Shown here: piece by piece, positions 1 through 9,302 of the stretch
How the letters are laid out: each line of letters opens with the position of its first letter
How positions within the stretch are numbered: position 1 is the stretch's first letter
Virus record (IMG/VR): IMGVR_UViG_3300022181_000124
Location: 1 to 40,343 of that record
Length of the DNA: 40,343 bases
Direction: 5' to 3' (one strand)
Source: a virus
Taxonomy: Duplodnaviria > Caudoviricetes
Made by a program: the position numbers and the translations under genes
Notes under the pieces: generated by a model
Seen by the model: the letters and a program-made list of their open reading frames with translations, nothing else
Databases searched by the model: none
What the model was told of the DNA's origin: nothing

Positions 1-1143
1 CTAGGGCATTTCACTCATGTTATCGTTTGTAAAAGCTTTCTCGCGCAGATCCGCGAGCGTTTTTTGTGCTGCACCCTCAATTAAAGCAAGATACTGTTGC
101 CTTTCATCGGTAGATATCGGCCTGATATGTTTTGTGTATTCATTTTTTTTGAAGTGAAGAGCACCATGAATGCCATACTTGAAACCCTTTCCGACTTCTG
201 GTTCGTCGAAATTAGCTTCGAACTCCACGATAGGGCTTGTGGTACTAATTTTTTTCGATCGCCAAGTAATAGAAGTAATGTAGAACCCCTTGCCCTTCAA
301 CTGCTGATATTCTGCTGATGTAAGTAAGCTCTTACCTTTAAGGGCTACGTTTTTTACCATAGCCAACGCAAGTTTTTCATGCTCTGACTGCTCCGCTTCC
401 TGATCATCATCATACTCATCATCGATGTCAAGATCATCATAATCTTCTTCCTTTATACCTGAATCTACCTTGACACTTGTTACGTCGTACAATGAGAAAC
501 CAGGTAAATTACTAATCAATGTTGTGAAAAACTCCGTTCTTTCCAAAGATGATTGAAGACCTGTTAATTCTATCTTGTCAGTAGGTATATCAGTTTTTAT
601 TATAGAATCAAGCCTATTTTTTATGTTATTGACCACCTCTTTCGCTTTTTCATTTGCCGGCATCCTTACGATAACCTGATCATCTTGAATTATGAATTCA
701 ATGTTGGCTTCTTTTTCGCGCCGTTGCACTAAGCGAGTTTTTGAATAGTCTAGTTCTGAATACTTCACTAACAAATTATATTTATTAGGACCGTGCTGAT
801 TATTTATAATGGTCTCTTCACTTTGAACATGTTCTTTGTACTCATCTGACACCTCTCTAAGGTCATCAATGGTAAGCTTCGCTTTAAGAATTATAGATGT
901 AGATTTCTCAACTCTATTAGATTGCCCACGCTGATCAAGAATATATGTTAGATCGTAATAATCATGCAACAAACATGAGATACTCCTCGCGAGGGTCTCG
1001 CGCGCATCTAAAGGAGAATATAATATTCCTCTATCTTTTGCGATTTCTAGCAAGATTGATTCTGTGATGCGCTGCTTTGAAGACATAAGCACATCATAAA
1101 TTTCTTTGTCCGTAGCGTAATAAATATGCTTTTTATCAGACAT
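1..1143 (-). CDS. Putative anti-phage defence protein, GAPS4b-like partner of the adjacent nuclease
   Basis: 380-aa AT-rich ORF overlapping the upstream nuclease gene by 8 bp; acidic tract; family call from pairing and recalled resemblance only. Confidence 0.5.
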   Translation of the reverse strand: MSDKKHIYYATDKEIYDVLMSSKQRITESILLEIAKDRGILYSPLDARETLARSISCLLHDYYDLTYILDQRGQSNRVEKSTSIILKAKLTIDDLREVSDEYKEHVQSEETIINNQHGPNKYNLLVKYSELDYSKTRLVQRREKEANIEFIIQDDQVIVRMPANEKAKEVVNNIKNRLDSIIKTDIPTDKIELTGLQSSLERTEFFTTLISNLPGFSLYDVTSVKVDSGIKEEDYDDLDIDDEYDDDQEAEQSEHEKLALAMVKNVALKGKSLLTSAEYQQLKGKGFYITSITWRSKKISTTSPIVEFEANFDEPEVGKGFKYGIHGALHFKKNEYTKHIRPISTDERQQYLALIEGAAQKTLADLREKAFTNDNMSEMP

Positions 1144-2116
1144 TTTCCATACCTATTTCGATTGCAGAAAATTTTGTTTGAACCTGATTAATCTGTGAAT
1201 ACTTAATTGAAGTAAGTATTTTTATGGTTTCCTCTGTTCCATGAATCTCGTCTATGTATTGGTCAATTGCTTTATTGAAATGCGCTGCCGAACTGGGGTG
1301 CGGATCTAAAGATTTGATTTGTATATCGGTGCCCTCATCCAATATTTGATAGTACATTAGATAATCAATAAGATAAAGAAACTCTTCAGTGCTATCCCCC
1401 CGCCGCTTATAGAAAATTATAAAGCCTTTGTGGTTTTGAATCTTTGGATTGTTATAGGAAAGAATGATCCATGGAGCAGTCAGCATTTCTAATGTCGCCG
1501 CTTTTGCTTGATCAAAATGAATCTTCTTTTTGAGAGTAAGATGAGGGTAGAAATATTTACAATATTCACTGTCTGGTAATTCTTTTGTTCCGCGCATTTG
1601 CACTATCTCATTGCGAACATTGTTGAGCCAAAAAATTTCCTTGGGACCAAGAACAACAATCTTTGATTTTTTGGGTATATTAAGTTTCTCATGCTGAATA
1701 GCATCCAAGTGTTTATTAAAATCCTTATCATATTCGCCATCATGATTATAAACGAAGAGAAGGCCATATATCTTTGCAGAAACATGATTATGAATGTAAT
1801 TGGTTCGCCATTCTTCGCTCTTCTCAGCACAAGTTAATGCACGAGCTAGGCTTTCGATAGCTGATTTAACGCTATTTGTGTTAATCGATCCCGTTCCATA
1901 ACTCTTCAAGTCGCAATTAATGTATGCTCTCTCGGGTGAGTATGGTTCATCGTAATAAAAGACAACATCTGATGGGTGAGTTTTCGAACTGTGCAACTCT
2001 CTCTCCTCACATGACCAACTATGATTATGTGGACCTACCTGTTTCCAAAAGAATACATCAAATAGTTCTATTGATAACTTTTCTGCCATTTTTGCTATAT
2101 TTGTTGTTTCTGGCAT
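1136..2116 (-). CDS. PD-(D/E)xK nuclease-family protein, GAPS4a-like putative defence nuclease
   Basis: N-terminal W-x-C…H…THPSDVVFYY…CDLKSY fits a PD…(D/E)xK active site; AT-rich; coupled to the downstream ORF. Confidence 0.55.
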   Translation of the reverse strand: MPETTNIAKMAEKLSIELFDVFFWKQVGPHNHSWSCEERELHSSKTHPSDVVFYYDEPYSPERAYINCDLKSYGTGSINTNSVKSAIESLARALTCAEKSEEWRTNYIHNHVSAKIYGLLFVYNHDGEYDKDFNKHLDAIQHEKLNIPKKSKIVVLGPKEIFWLNNVRNEIVQMRGTKELPDSEYCKYFYPHLTLKKKIHFDQAKAATLEMLTAPWIILSYNNPKIQNHKGFIIFYKRRGDSTEEFLYLIDYLMYYQILDEGTDIQIKSLDPHPSSAAHFNKAIDQYIDEIHGTEETIKILTSIKYSQINQVQTKFSAIEIGMENV

Positions 2117-2138
2117 TATTTAATCTTCTTTCGTAAAA

Positions 2139-3758
2139 TTAATATTGAAAAGTTTCTTGTTCATGGCCAATGACCCTGGCCTTTTTATGTGAAGGCAGTG
2201 TCGCAGGAATTCTTGGTTTTTTCCCCGCCAAAAGCTCTCCGATAGTCAAAATCTGGATCCTAGGAAAATCTTGATTCCAAGTCGCTGACCTGTATGATCC
2301 TTTTCCAATGGCTTCTGTCGTCATGTTTCGTGTTGGGTTATCCAGTGTGAGGAAGATGCCAATTTCAGCTTTCTCTCGATCTATAACATGGCCAAGATCA
2401 CGTATATCTTTGACGGATATAGAACCACTTTTTACCTGTACAATTGCCTTCTTGTATTCATTCTTCTCATCGCTGAAGTAAATAAAACCATCTATGCCAG
2501 TATCGGCTCCTTTTTTCCGATCTCCATAAGGCCTTGCATCGATTAGAGATAACGCCCACCACTGAAATTGGTACCTATTTTGAGTCGCAAGCTGTCGCGA
2601 TCCATTAAGATCCTGTGGTTCCCCAACTACTTTATAATCACGCCCGGGTTCAATTCCAAACGCATATTTTAGACGACCTTTAATGAGATTAATAGAGAGG
2701 TGTGTTACATCAATTCCAACCCATTTGCGTCTGAGCTTTTGTGCAGCTGATACTGCCGTACCACAGCCACAGAATGGATCAAGAACAATATCCCCATCAT
2801 TTGAACTTGCTTCAATAATTCTTTCAAGCAAAGCCTCTGGTTTCTGCGTCGGATATCCTAAACGTTCGTCTGCTCCTCCAGGTATATAGGAGATGTCGTC
2901 CCAAAAATCCTGCAGCGGTACTCCTGGCATTTCGTCAAGAAATACAATTCGACACCGCTTTGTTGGTTTTCCATTTCTCCCCAACTTAATACGACCGTGA
3001 CTTCCAGGAACTTCTGTTTGAGGCATATTCCATAAAGCCAGCATTTTATCGGGACCCGTTCTCCATCGAGCTGATGTTCCCATAAAGTCATAAAGTTCCA
3101 TTCGATTTTGTGGATCTAACATATTTTCTGCTTTATAATATCTGCCACTTGGAAGCTTTACCCATTCACTAGATATATATTTTTCAGTATATGGAGTATA
3201 TAATCTATTAAAAGTGTTTTTCTTCGTTTTCGTATAAAAAAATATAATATCTGATATTCGTCCGAATCGACTTGAGGGATCATTATGAGCGCTTGAGCGT
3301 TTCCATGTTATTTCATTACGAAAATATTGTTTCCCCATAATTGCATCCAATAGAATTTTTAAATAATGACTTGCAGTTGGGTCACAATGCAGATAAAGAG
3401 AACCAGTATCTTTTAGAACTCTGCGAAGTTCTATGAGGCGGATGCACATCATGGTCAGGTAGGCCATCATATCGTTCATTCCAATAAAGCCCTTCAGGGC
3501 TTTCATCATTTCAACAACATTAACAGGAGCCGTTTCAATAATCTCCTGAAAAACCCTTTGGGCCTCCTCTGTCCAGTGCCAAGTGTCTTCGAATGCGGTG
3601 ATCTGAGCAGATGATTTTTCGCCTGTGGGTTCTCGATAGAGGATATTGTAATCGGCCTTTGAATTAAAGGGCGGATCGAGATATATCAAGTCAACTGATT
3701 CATCAGGAATATACTTCTTAAGAATATCTAGATTATCACCATAATATAGTGTATTCAT
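2139..3758 (-). CDS. Beta-class N6/N4 DNA methyltransferase fused to a C-terminal Mrr-like endonuclease domain
   Basis: YLDPPF (motif IV) precedes LDPFCGCGT (motif I); YPTQKPEALL; C-terminal GADTGIDG…IVQVKSG is an Mrr-type D…QxK motif. Confidence 0.88.
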   Translation of the reverse strand: MNTLYYGDNLDILKKYIPDESVDLIYLDPPFNSKADYNILYREPTGEKSSAQITAFEDTWHWTEEAQRVFQEIIETAPVNVVEMMKALKGFIGMNDMMAYLTMMCIRLIELRRVLKDTGSLYLHCDPTASHYLKILLDAIMGKQYFRNEITWKRSSAHNDPSSRFGRISDIIFFYTKTKKNTFNRLYTPYTEKYISSEWVKLPSGRYYKAENMLDPQNRMELYDFMGTSARWRTGPDKMLALWNMPQTEVPGSHGRIKLGRNGKPTKRCRIVFLDEMPGVPLQDFWDDISYIPGGADERLGYPTQKPEALLERIIEASSNDGDIVLDPFCGCGTAVSAAQKLRRKWVGIDVTHLSINLIKGRLKYAFGIEPGRDYKVVGEPQDLNGSRQLATQNRYQFQWWALSLIDARPYGDRKKGADTGIDGFIYFSDEKNEYKKAIVQVKSGSISVKDIRDLGHVIDREKAEIGIFLTLDNPTRNMTTEAIGKGSYRSATWNQDFPRIQILTIGELLAGKKPRIPATLPSHKKARVIGHEQETFQY

Positions 3759-3763
3759 TTATT

Positions 3764-4024
3764 TCACAGATCCATTACTGAGCAATGTTTTATTTCGCCA
3801 TCAATAATCATTCTGCCTAATTCGAAACAATGCACAATAGCATTATCTTCTGTAGGAAATGACTTTGTTGTACCGAAATTTCGCATTGACACTCCTTGGC
3901 CTGTATGACGTTCAATTGTTATATCATGAGTCCAATAGCCTGTATCCGCTAGCTTCAACGGATATGCTACTATAATAAAACCTTTGTAAAATAATTCATT
4001 TCGTTCAGAAGTTGGTGGCGACAT
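3764..4024 (-). CDS. Small hypothetical protein (HlyU-like 'YKGF…IIDG' pattern)
   Basis: 86-aa ORF with AGGAG upstream, co-oriented in the cargo operon. Confidence 0.6.
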   Translation of the reverse strand: MSPPTSERNELFYKGFIIVAYPLKLADTGYWTHDITIERHTGQGVSMRNFGTTKSFPTEDNAIVHCFELGRMIIDGEIKHCSVMDL

Positions 4025-4135
4025 GATAAATGCTTCTCCTTTAGATACTTATCATTTCAAATCCCTCCCATGCAAAATTACCTTTGAATACATGTTGATT
4101 ATATAGTAAATAAAGAGGGGAGGGGGTTTTATGGG

Positions 4136-4294
4136 TTATTTTGATTTACATTCGTTACACTGTTCTTTTCCTGAAGGCACCGTATACACTTTCTGCCATC
4201 CTGGTGCCGGATAGTTGTTTTTCGAACATGATGTTTCCCAGTGATACGTGTCACTTCCATCTTTGTAATAATACGGAGCAGTTGGTTTCGACAT
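4136..4294 (-). CDS. 52-aa putative zinc-binding protein (H-x4-C…C-x2-C); not in the ORF track
   Basis: Manual translation MSKPTAPYYYKDGSDTYHWETSCSKNNYPAPGWQKVYTVPSGKEQCNECKSK*; GGAGG 5 nt before ATG. Confidence 0.75.
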   Translation of the reverse strand: MSKPTAPYYYKDGSDTYHWETSCSKNNYPAPGWQKVYTVPSGKEQCNECKSK

Positions 4295-4342
4295 TTTCGC
4301 CTCCGTCCCCCTCCCCTACAGGCAATCATGTGGAATCCTTAA

Positions 4343-5077
4343 CTACCGCTCTAAATCTCTCCCATACCAAATCACTTTACCATTGACGCGTACTTGATCT
4401 ACAGGTGCGTCGATTGGTTCGTACTGCTTATTATCGCTGATGATACGGAGCCGGCCTTCAAGGAAGAGGATCTGGACGCGCTTGATCATAATTTCGTGAT
4501 TGATGGAGATCGCATAGATGCCTCCCTGTGGCGCAATGGAGGTCTTGCTGTGGTCCACCAGGACAAGATCGCCGGAGAATAGTGTGGGCTCCATACTGTC
4601 GCCCTGGACCTTGATCAGGGACATATTCTCTGGCTTGCCCTTGCGCTTGATCCAATCCTTCCGGAAGGCAAGCATAAGGTCCACCGCGTTGTCGGGAGAA
4701 AGGCCTCCGCCGGCGCTGATCTTGCCCCGGACTTGGCGGATGAAGACGAAGTCATCAGACGGAAGGTCCGGGGCAGTTGGTGCCTTTATGGTTGATTCAG
4801 TGCCACAGACCTCCGGGTATTTTGCGCGGGCTCCCGGGAAAGGCTCACCATCACCTTTAAAAAGCCAAAGTGGATTAAACTGATAGTGTGCAACAAGACG
4901 CTCGATCACCTCACCCTTAAGAAGACCCTTTCCTCGTCGATATCCCGCTAGGGTGTCTTTATTCGTCCCAAGAACTTTAGCAAGATCAATGTCTGTAATA
5001 CCCTTATCGAGATCCCGGTCATCTTTAATCGTTTTTATCGCCCAGGCGATTTTATCGGTTAAACTTTCCAGCATCAC
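4343..5077 (-). CDS. Phage repressor, HTH plus S24 (LexA/CI-type) autopeptidase
   Basis: N-terminal HTH (DIDLAKVLGTNKDTLAGYRRG), SAGGG cleavage-type site, GDSMEP Ser and IKR Lys; divergent from ner. Confidence 0.92.
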   Translation of the reverse strand: MMLESLTDKIAWAIKTIKDDRDLDKGITDIDLAKVLGTNKDTLAGYRRGKGLLKGEVIERLVAHYQFNPLWLFKGDGEPFPGARAKYPEVCGTESTIKAPTAPDLPSDDFVFIRQVRGKISAGGGLSPDNAVDLMLAFRKDWIKRKGKPENMSLIKVQGDSMEPTLFSGDLVLVDHSKTSIAPQGGIYAISINHEIMIKRVQILFLEGRLRIISDNKQYEPIDAPVDQVRVNGKVIWYGRDLER

Positions 5078-5091
5078 TCGCTCATTTTTCT

Positions 5092-5216
5092 GGTTCCCGA
5101 TGACGAAAGTGACCGGGAACTAGATCGGGAACCGGTTCCCGATCAGAGATTAGCTCTTAAATATTAAGTAGATATTATCGATGACCGCCATGTATCGCTG
5201 CAAATAATCGGGAACC
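5092..5216. promoter_or_regulatory. Operator cluster of the immunity region (ATCGGGAACC half-sites)
   Basis: Perfect 22-bp palindrome GATCGGGAACCGGTTCCCGATC at 5123-5144; further half-sites at 5092-5101, 5114-5121 and 5207-5216. Confidence 0.7.
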
Positions 5217-5227
5217 GAGAAATTCGC

Positions 5228-5256
5228 TTGACTAGGCGATAATCTCGGTTTATAAG
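5228..5256 (+). promoter_or_regulatory. Early lytic promoter (Pe-like)
   Basis: TTGACT-17 bp-TATAAG upstream of ner; overlapped by a CCGAGA/TCTCGG inverted repeat. Confidence 0.65.
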
Positions 5257-5335
5257 CCTTATCCATAAGCCGACCGAAAATAGACAATGCCCCTTCCGGG
5301 AGGAAAGCCCGGAACGGGGAACCCCAGAATGGAGA

Positions 5336-5581
5336 ATGACCATGAAACCCCTGGATCGACAGTTTGCCCTGAAGAGAAGAGGCATCACCCAGCACCAGAT
5401 CGCCGTCGATCTTGGCGTGAAAGACATCTCCGTTTCTGACGTTATAAACGGTCACCGGGTTAGTGACCGAATCATGCGCGGTATCGCCGCGGCAATCGGT
5501 GAGGATGTGCGTCTGGTCTTCCCGGAATACTACCTCCGGGCGCCGAAGAGAAAGACGAGCAAGGCCGGTTTGGCGGCCTGA
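5336..5581 (+). CDS. ner: Ner/Cro-like DNA-binding protein
   Basis: ALKRRGITQHQIA…IAAAIGEDVRLVFPEYY Ner-family pattern; first early gene. Confidence 0.82.
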   Translation: MTMKPLDRQFALKRRGITQHQIAVDLGVKDISVSDVINGHRVSDRIMRGIAAAIGEDVRLVFPEYYLRAPKRKTSKAGLAA

Positions 5582-5646
5582 GCCGTGAGCATTCGGGATG
5601 CTTTATTCTTTTGGCGTATATCTAAGCTAACAAGCTGGGTAAGTCA

Positions 5647-6114
5647 ATGACAAAAAAGGGGAAAAGAATCGACAACCGGCAGCTTTCCCTCTTCGAGGTC
5701 ATTCGGAACCTCCAGAATGACAAGCCCGCATCCATTCCCATCGGCAGCTTCAATATAGACAGACCGTTCCGCGAAGCGATCAGCGAGGCACTCAGGAAGA
5801 CCCCCTTGTCGCGTTACCAGGTCACAGCCCGAATGTCCGAACTGACAGGCACCGATATCACAAAAACCATGCTGGATAGCTGGACTGCGGAATCAAAGGA
5901 GCAGCACCGTTTTCCGGCCATCTTTCTTCCGGCCTTCTGCGAGGCCGTCGGTACGAATGAACCCCTGAAGATGCTTGGCAGCCTGATCGGCGCATTCGTT
6001 CTCCCCGGTCCGGAAGCGCTCCGGGCGGAGATCCAACGGATCGAGGAAGAAATCGCCCGGAAGCAGAATGAAAAGCGGAAGCGGCTGCTGTTCCTCAAAG
6101 AGATGGAGGGATGA
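5647..6114 (+). CDS. Early phage protein, probable DNA-binding regulator
   Basis: 155-aa ORF between ner and transposase; SRYQVTARMSELTG…MLDSWTAESK helix-turn-helix-like segment. Confidence 0.7.
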   Translation: MTKKGKRIDNRQLSLFEVIRNLQNDKPASIPIGSFNIDRPFREAISEALRKTPLSRYQVTARMSELTGTDITKTMLDSWTAESKEQHRFPAIFLPAFCEAVGTNEPLKMLGSLIGAFVLPGPEALRAEIQRIEEEIARKQNEKRKRLLFLKEMEG

Positions 6115-6115
6115 G

Positions 6116-6262
6116 ATGAAACCGGAAACTCTGAGAGATGAAACGTTGGACTGGATGGACCGATTTTTCGAAAGCCCCGGCTTCGAGAGCGCTTGTTGGG
6201 CAATAATCATCCTGGCCGTCCTGTATTTCTCTCCGGCAGTTGTTCAAATCCTGTCGAGGTGA
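6116..6262 (+). CDS. Small membrane protein (48 aa)
   Basis: GGAGG upstream; C-terminal hydrophobic helix ACWAIIILAVLYFSPAVVQIL; fills the gap before transposase. Confidence 0.55.
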   Translation: MKPETLRDETLDWMDRFFESPGFESACWAIIILAVLYFSPAVVQILSR

Positions 6263-6266
6263 TGGA

Positions 6267-8612
6267 ATGACCGCTGTTGGGACATACACTGCCATCGAAA
6301 TCGCCGCGGCGATGGGAATCACGAAACGAGCCATCAACAAGCGGGCGGCTAAAGAGGCATGGGCCACCGCCGAAAACGGCAAGACGAAAAAGTATCCCCT
6401 TCCCTCCCTTCCGTCCGATATCCAGGAAGCCCTGGTTCAGGCTACCCTGACACCTTCCGTTGAACACAAGGCCGGGGACAGCGTTGCGGCTGGGCCGAAA
6501 ACCTCCCGGCAAGTTCCGGCCGCCGTCCCCGTCCCCCATAATAGTAAGGTTAATAAACCGGCATCCTTCGGCCGGATCGCCGAGATGCTTCCCGCCCTGA
6601 CGCCAGCGGCGGCTTCGCAAGCCCTAACCTCCATTGCCGGGGGCCAGATGATGATCCCCACTTTTTCCGAGGCCATCGCTGAGAAGCGCCCTTCCTGGAC
6701 CCCCGAGACGGCAATCAGCGAACAGGATCTGCAGGATCCCCGGGTCCGGCGGATCATGTCCATCCTCCGGGAGGCGGAGACGGTCCCGCGGATCTGGACG
6801 AAGGGTAAGCGGAAATGGATCGAGGCCGTCGCCTTCAAGCATGGCGTCACCTGGCAGGCCATCTATCGCTGGATGAAGAAGTACGACCAGCGGGGCATCG
6901 CCGGCATCTGCCACCGGAAATCATCGAAGGACCAGCCCCGGAAATGGTCCCCAGAAGCGGTGGACTTCTGGATCTCCCTCTGCGCGAAGCGGGAGCACAG
7001 GGCCATGAAGCGCCGGGACCTATACGATATCCTGGTTGTGGAGGCAACACGGCGGGGCTGGCGTATCGGCGGGTATGAGTCCGCCAACTGGTGGTTCGAG
7101 AAGCGCTGGAATCCCCTCATGGAGGCCATGCAGAAGGGCGGCCTCCGGGCTCTTGACAATGTCCTGCCCCCGGTCCTCCGGGATTATTCGGACTTGGCCC
7201 CCTTCGAAATCATCGTCGGCGACCAGCACCGTTTCGACCGCTGGGTGGTGGACGAAGAGACCGGCGAGGTCTACCGGCCTGAAGGTTACCTCTGGCAGGA
7301 TCTCCGTACCCGGACCATCTATGGCGCCGCGGTCGACCGCCGGTATGATGCCTGGCTGATCGGCCTGGCCCTCCGGATCGGCGTCGCCTGCTACGGCGCC
7401 TTCACCAGCGTCTACACCGACAACGGCAAGCCCGAGTGCTCGAAGTTTTTGACCGGGATCCTGGCGAACCTCCGCTCCCTGGGGATGGAATGGGAACGCA
7501 CCTCCGAGGTCATGATGGACGTCCTGGACCTGGACGGGGAGGACATCGCCCCGAACATCATCCTCCCAGGGACCCACCGGAAAGCCGTCGTCAAGAACGC
7601 CAAGGCCAAGATGATCGAGAAGACCTTCGACAACCTGGAGACGATCATGGCCAGCCGTCTCGCCCTCCCCGGGCACACGAAACGCCTCACCGACGACATT
7701 CATGCCCAGGACATCGATCACCAGGAAGCCCTGGCCCTGGCCAAGGCGGGGAAACTCCTGACCGCCCGGGAATTCGCCCTGGCGCTGTACAAGGCCTGCG
7801 ACCACTACAACCGGAAGAAGACCCACCGAGGCGTCCTCCGGGAATGGTCCTGGAAGCCGCGGCCTAAAGAGGCCACTCCCTACGACTGCCTGAAGGCCTG
7901 CTACGAAGAGGGATGGCGGCCCCGGATGATCTCCGCCGAGGCGGCGGACCTGATCTTCCTGGCCCGGGGCAGCCGGACCGTCCACATGGGCCGGATCGCC
8001 TTCGACAACGATTTCTACGAACATGACGCCCTCCTGGAGCTCCACAAGGAGAAGGTCGACCTGCGTTACAACCCCATGACGATGGACGAGCTCCACGTCT
8101 TCCGGGGCGGCCGGTACCTCTGCACCGCCGTCCCGGTGGAGCGGTCCAGCATGAAGGACATGGACCTGGCGGCCCGGAAGATCGCCGAGAAACGGGAGCG
8201 GCGGAAACGCTTCGCCGAGGAGTTCAAGCGGATCTCCTCCCTGGCCCCGGATTTCCGGGAATACTCCAAGGTCCCCGAGATGGAACGGGCGGCGGCGATC
8301 ATCGGCGAGGACCGGAAGCGCCGGGCCATCGAGCAGAAGGAATTCCACCGGCCTTTGAGCCAGGAAGAGCTGGACCGGGCGGTCGAGCGGATGGAACAGG
8401 GGATCCCCTTGCCGGCAAAGGCATCGAAACCCCTGCCGGGCCGTCCGACCTACTTCCTGGACGACTTCAGCCGATTCGAATGGATCATGAACTTCCTCCA
8501 GGCGGGGGGCACCCTGGCGGAGGAGGACGAGGCCTTCCGAACCCGCTACATGGCGGGACTCTCGGAAGGACAGCGGGACTATTGGGACTCTTACGTATCT
8601 TATGGAGGCTGA
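6267..8612 (+). CDS. Mu-type DDE transposase A
   Basis: N-terminal Mu HTH (YTAIEIAAAMG…NKRAAKEAW); catalytic IVGD, YTDNG, AKMIE; Mu C-terminal domain (VDLRYNP…LHVF). Start set at the ATG after GAGGTG. Confidence 0.95.
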   Translation: MTAVGTYTAIEIAAAMGITKRAINKRAAKEAWATAENGKTKKYPLPSLPSDIQEALVQATLTPSVEHKAGDSVAAGPKTSRQVPAAVPVPHNSKVNKPASFGRIAEMLPALTPAAASQALTSIAGGQMMIPTFSEAIAEKRPSWTPETAISEQDLQDPRVRRIMSILREAETVPRIWTKGKRKWIEAVAFKHGVTWQAIYRWMKKYDQRGIAGICHRKSSKDQPRKWSPEAVDFWISLCAKREHRAMKRRDLYDILVVEATRRGWRIGGYESANWWFEKRWNPLMEAMQKGGLRALDNVLPPVLRDYSDLAPFEIIVGDQHRFDRWVVDEETGEVYRPEGYLWQDLRTRTIYGAAVDRRYDAWLIGLALRIGVACYGAFTSVYTDNGKPECSKFLTGILANLRSLGMEWERTSEVMMDVLDLDGEDIAPNIILPGTHRKAVVKNAKAKMIEKTFDNLETIMASRLALPGHTKRLTDDIHAQDIDHQEALALAKAGKLLTAREFALALYKACDHYNRKKTHRGVLREWSWKPRPKEATPYDCLKACYEEGWRPRMISAEAADLIFLARGSRTVHMGRIAFDNDFYEHDALLELHKEKVDLRYNPMTMDELHVFRGGRYLCTAVPVERSSMKDMDLAARKIAEKRERRKRFAEEFKRISSLAPDFREYSKVPEMERAAAIIGEDRKRRAIEQKEFHRPLSQEELDRAVERMEQGIPLPAKASKPLPGRPTYFLDDFSRFEWIMNFLQAGGTLAEEDEAFRTRYMAGLSEGQRDYWDSYVSYGG

Positions 8613-9302
8613 ATGAAAAACGAATTTATCGACACAGCGAACGTCAACAAGTTCCGGTCCCTCTGCCAGGAGATGGAGGATCCCTCCTCCCTGGCGGGTC
8701 CGTCCCTGGCGATGGTCACCGGTCCGGCGGGGCGCGGGAAGACGGAGGCGGCCAAACACTACGCCGTCCATTCCAGCGCGGTCTACATCCCGCCCTTGAA
8801 CACCCGGACCCCGGCGATGATCCTCCGGGAGATCGCCTTCGAGCTGGGAAAGGTCCGGCCGGTCCGATCCGAGGCCTGCCTGGCCGTCATCGGCGAGGAG
8901 ATGGCCAAGGAACGCCGCCTGATCTTCATCGACGAGGCGGATCTCCTGCCCATGACCATCCTGGAGATGCTCCGGAACCTGAATGAGCGGTACGCCTGCC
9001 CCCTGGTCCTGATCGGCGAGGACGAGCTGAAGGGGAAGATCGAGTCCCGCCGGCGCCTGGCCAGCCGGATCCGCCGGCGGATGGAGTTCACCCCGGTGAC
9101 CCAGCAGGACGTGGCCTTCTTCTTCAAACGCTGCCTGGATCTGAAACTGACACCCGACGTGGCGGCCCTGATCCATAAGCACGGCCGGGGCGACTGGCGG
9201 CCGGTCCTGACGGCGGCCATCGGCGTCGAGCGGGCGCTGAAGGCCTCGGGTCTCGATGAATGCACCCTGGAGCTGGTGAAAGATGTCCTCCGGAACGCCT
9301 AA
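8613..9302 (+). CDS. Transposition B-type AAA+ ATPase
   Basis: Walker A GPAGRGKT, Walker B IFIDEAD, LASRI arginine finger; directly follows transposase. Confidence 0.93.
   Translation: MKNEFIDTANVNKFRSLCQEMEDPSSLAGPSLAMVTGPAGRGKTEAAKHYAVHSSAVYIPPLNTRTPAMILREIAFELGKVRPVRSEACLAVIGEEMAKERRLIFIDEADLLPMTILEMLRNLNERYACPLVLIGEDELKGKIESRRRLASRIRRRMEFTPVTQQDVAFFFKRCLDLKLTPDVAALIHKHGRGDWRPVLTAAIGVERALKASGLDECTLELVKDVLRNA

Noticed and set aside
1-60. Prophage left end
   Set aside because: The window begins at a stop codon; no TG terminus or end repeats are visible, so attL and the target duplication cannot be confirmed.
4129-4329. 66-aa minus-strand ORF from the track
   Set aside because: The overlapping 52-aa frame (4294-4136) has a proper SD and a metal-binding motif and is the better call.
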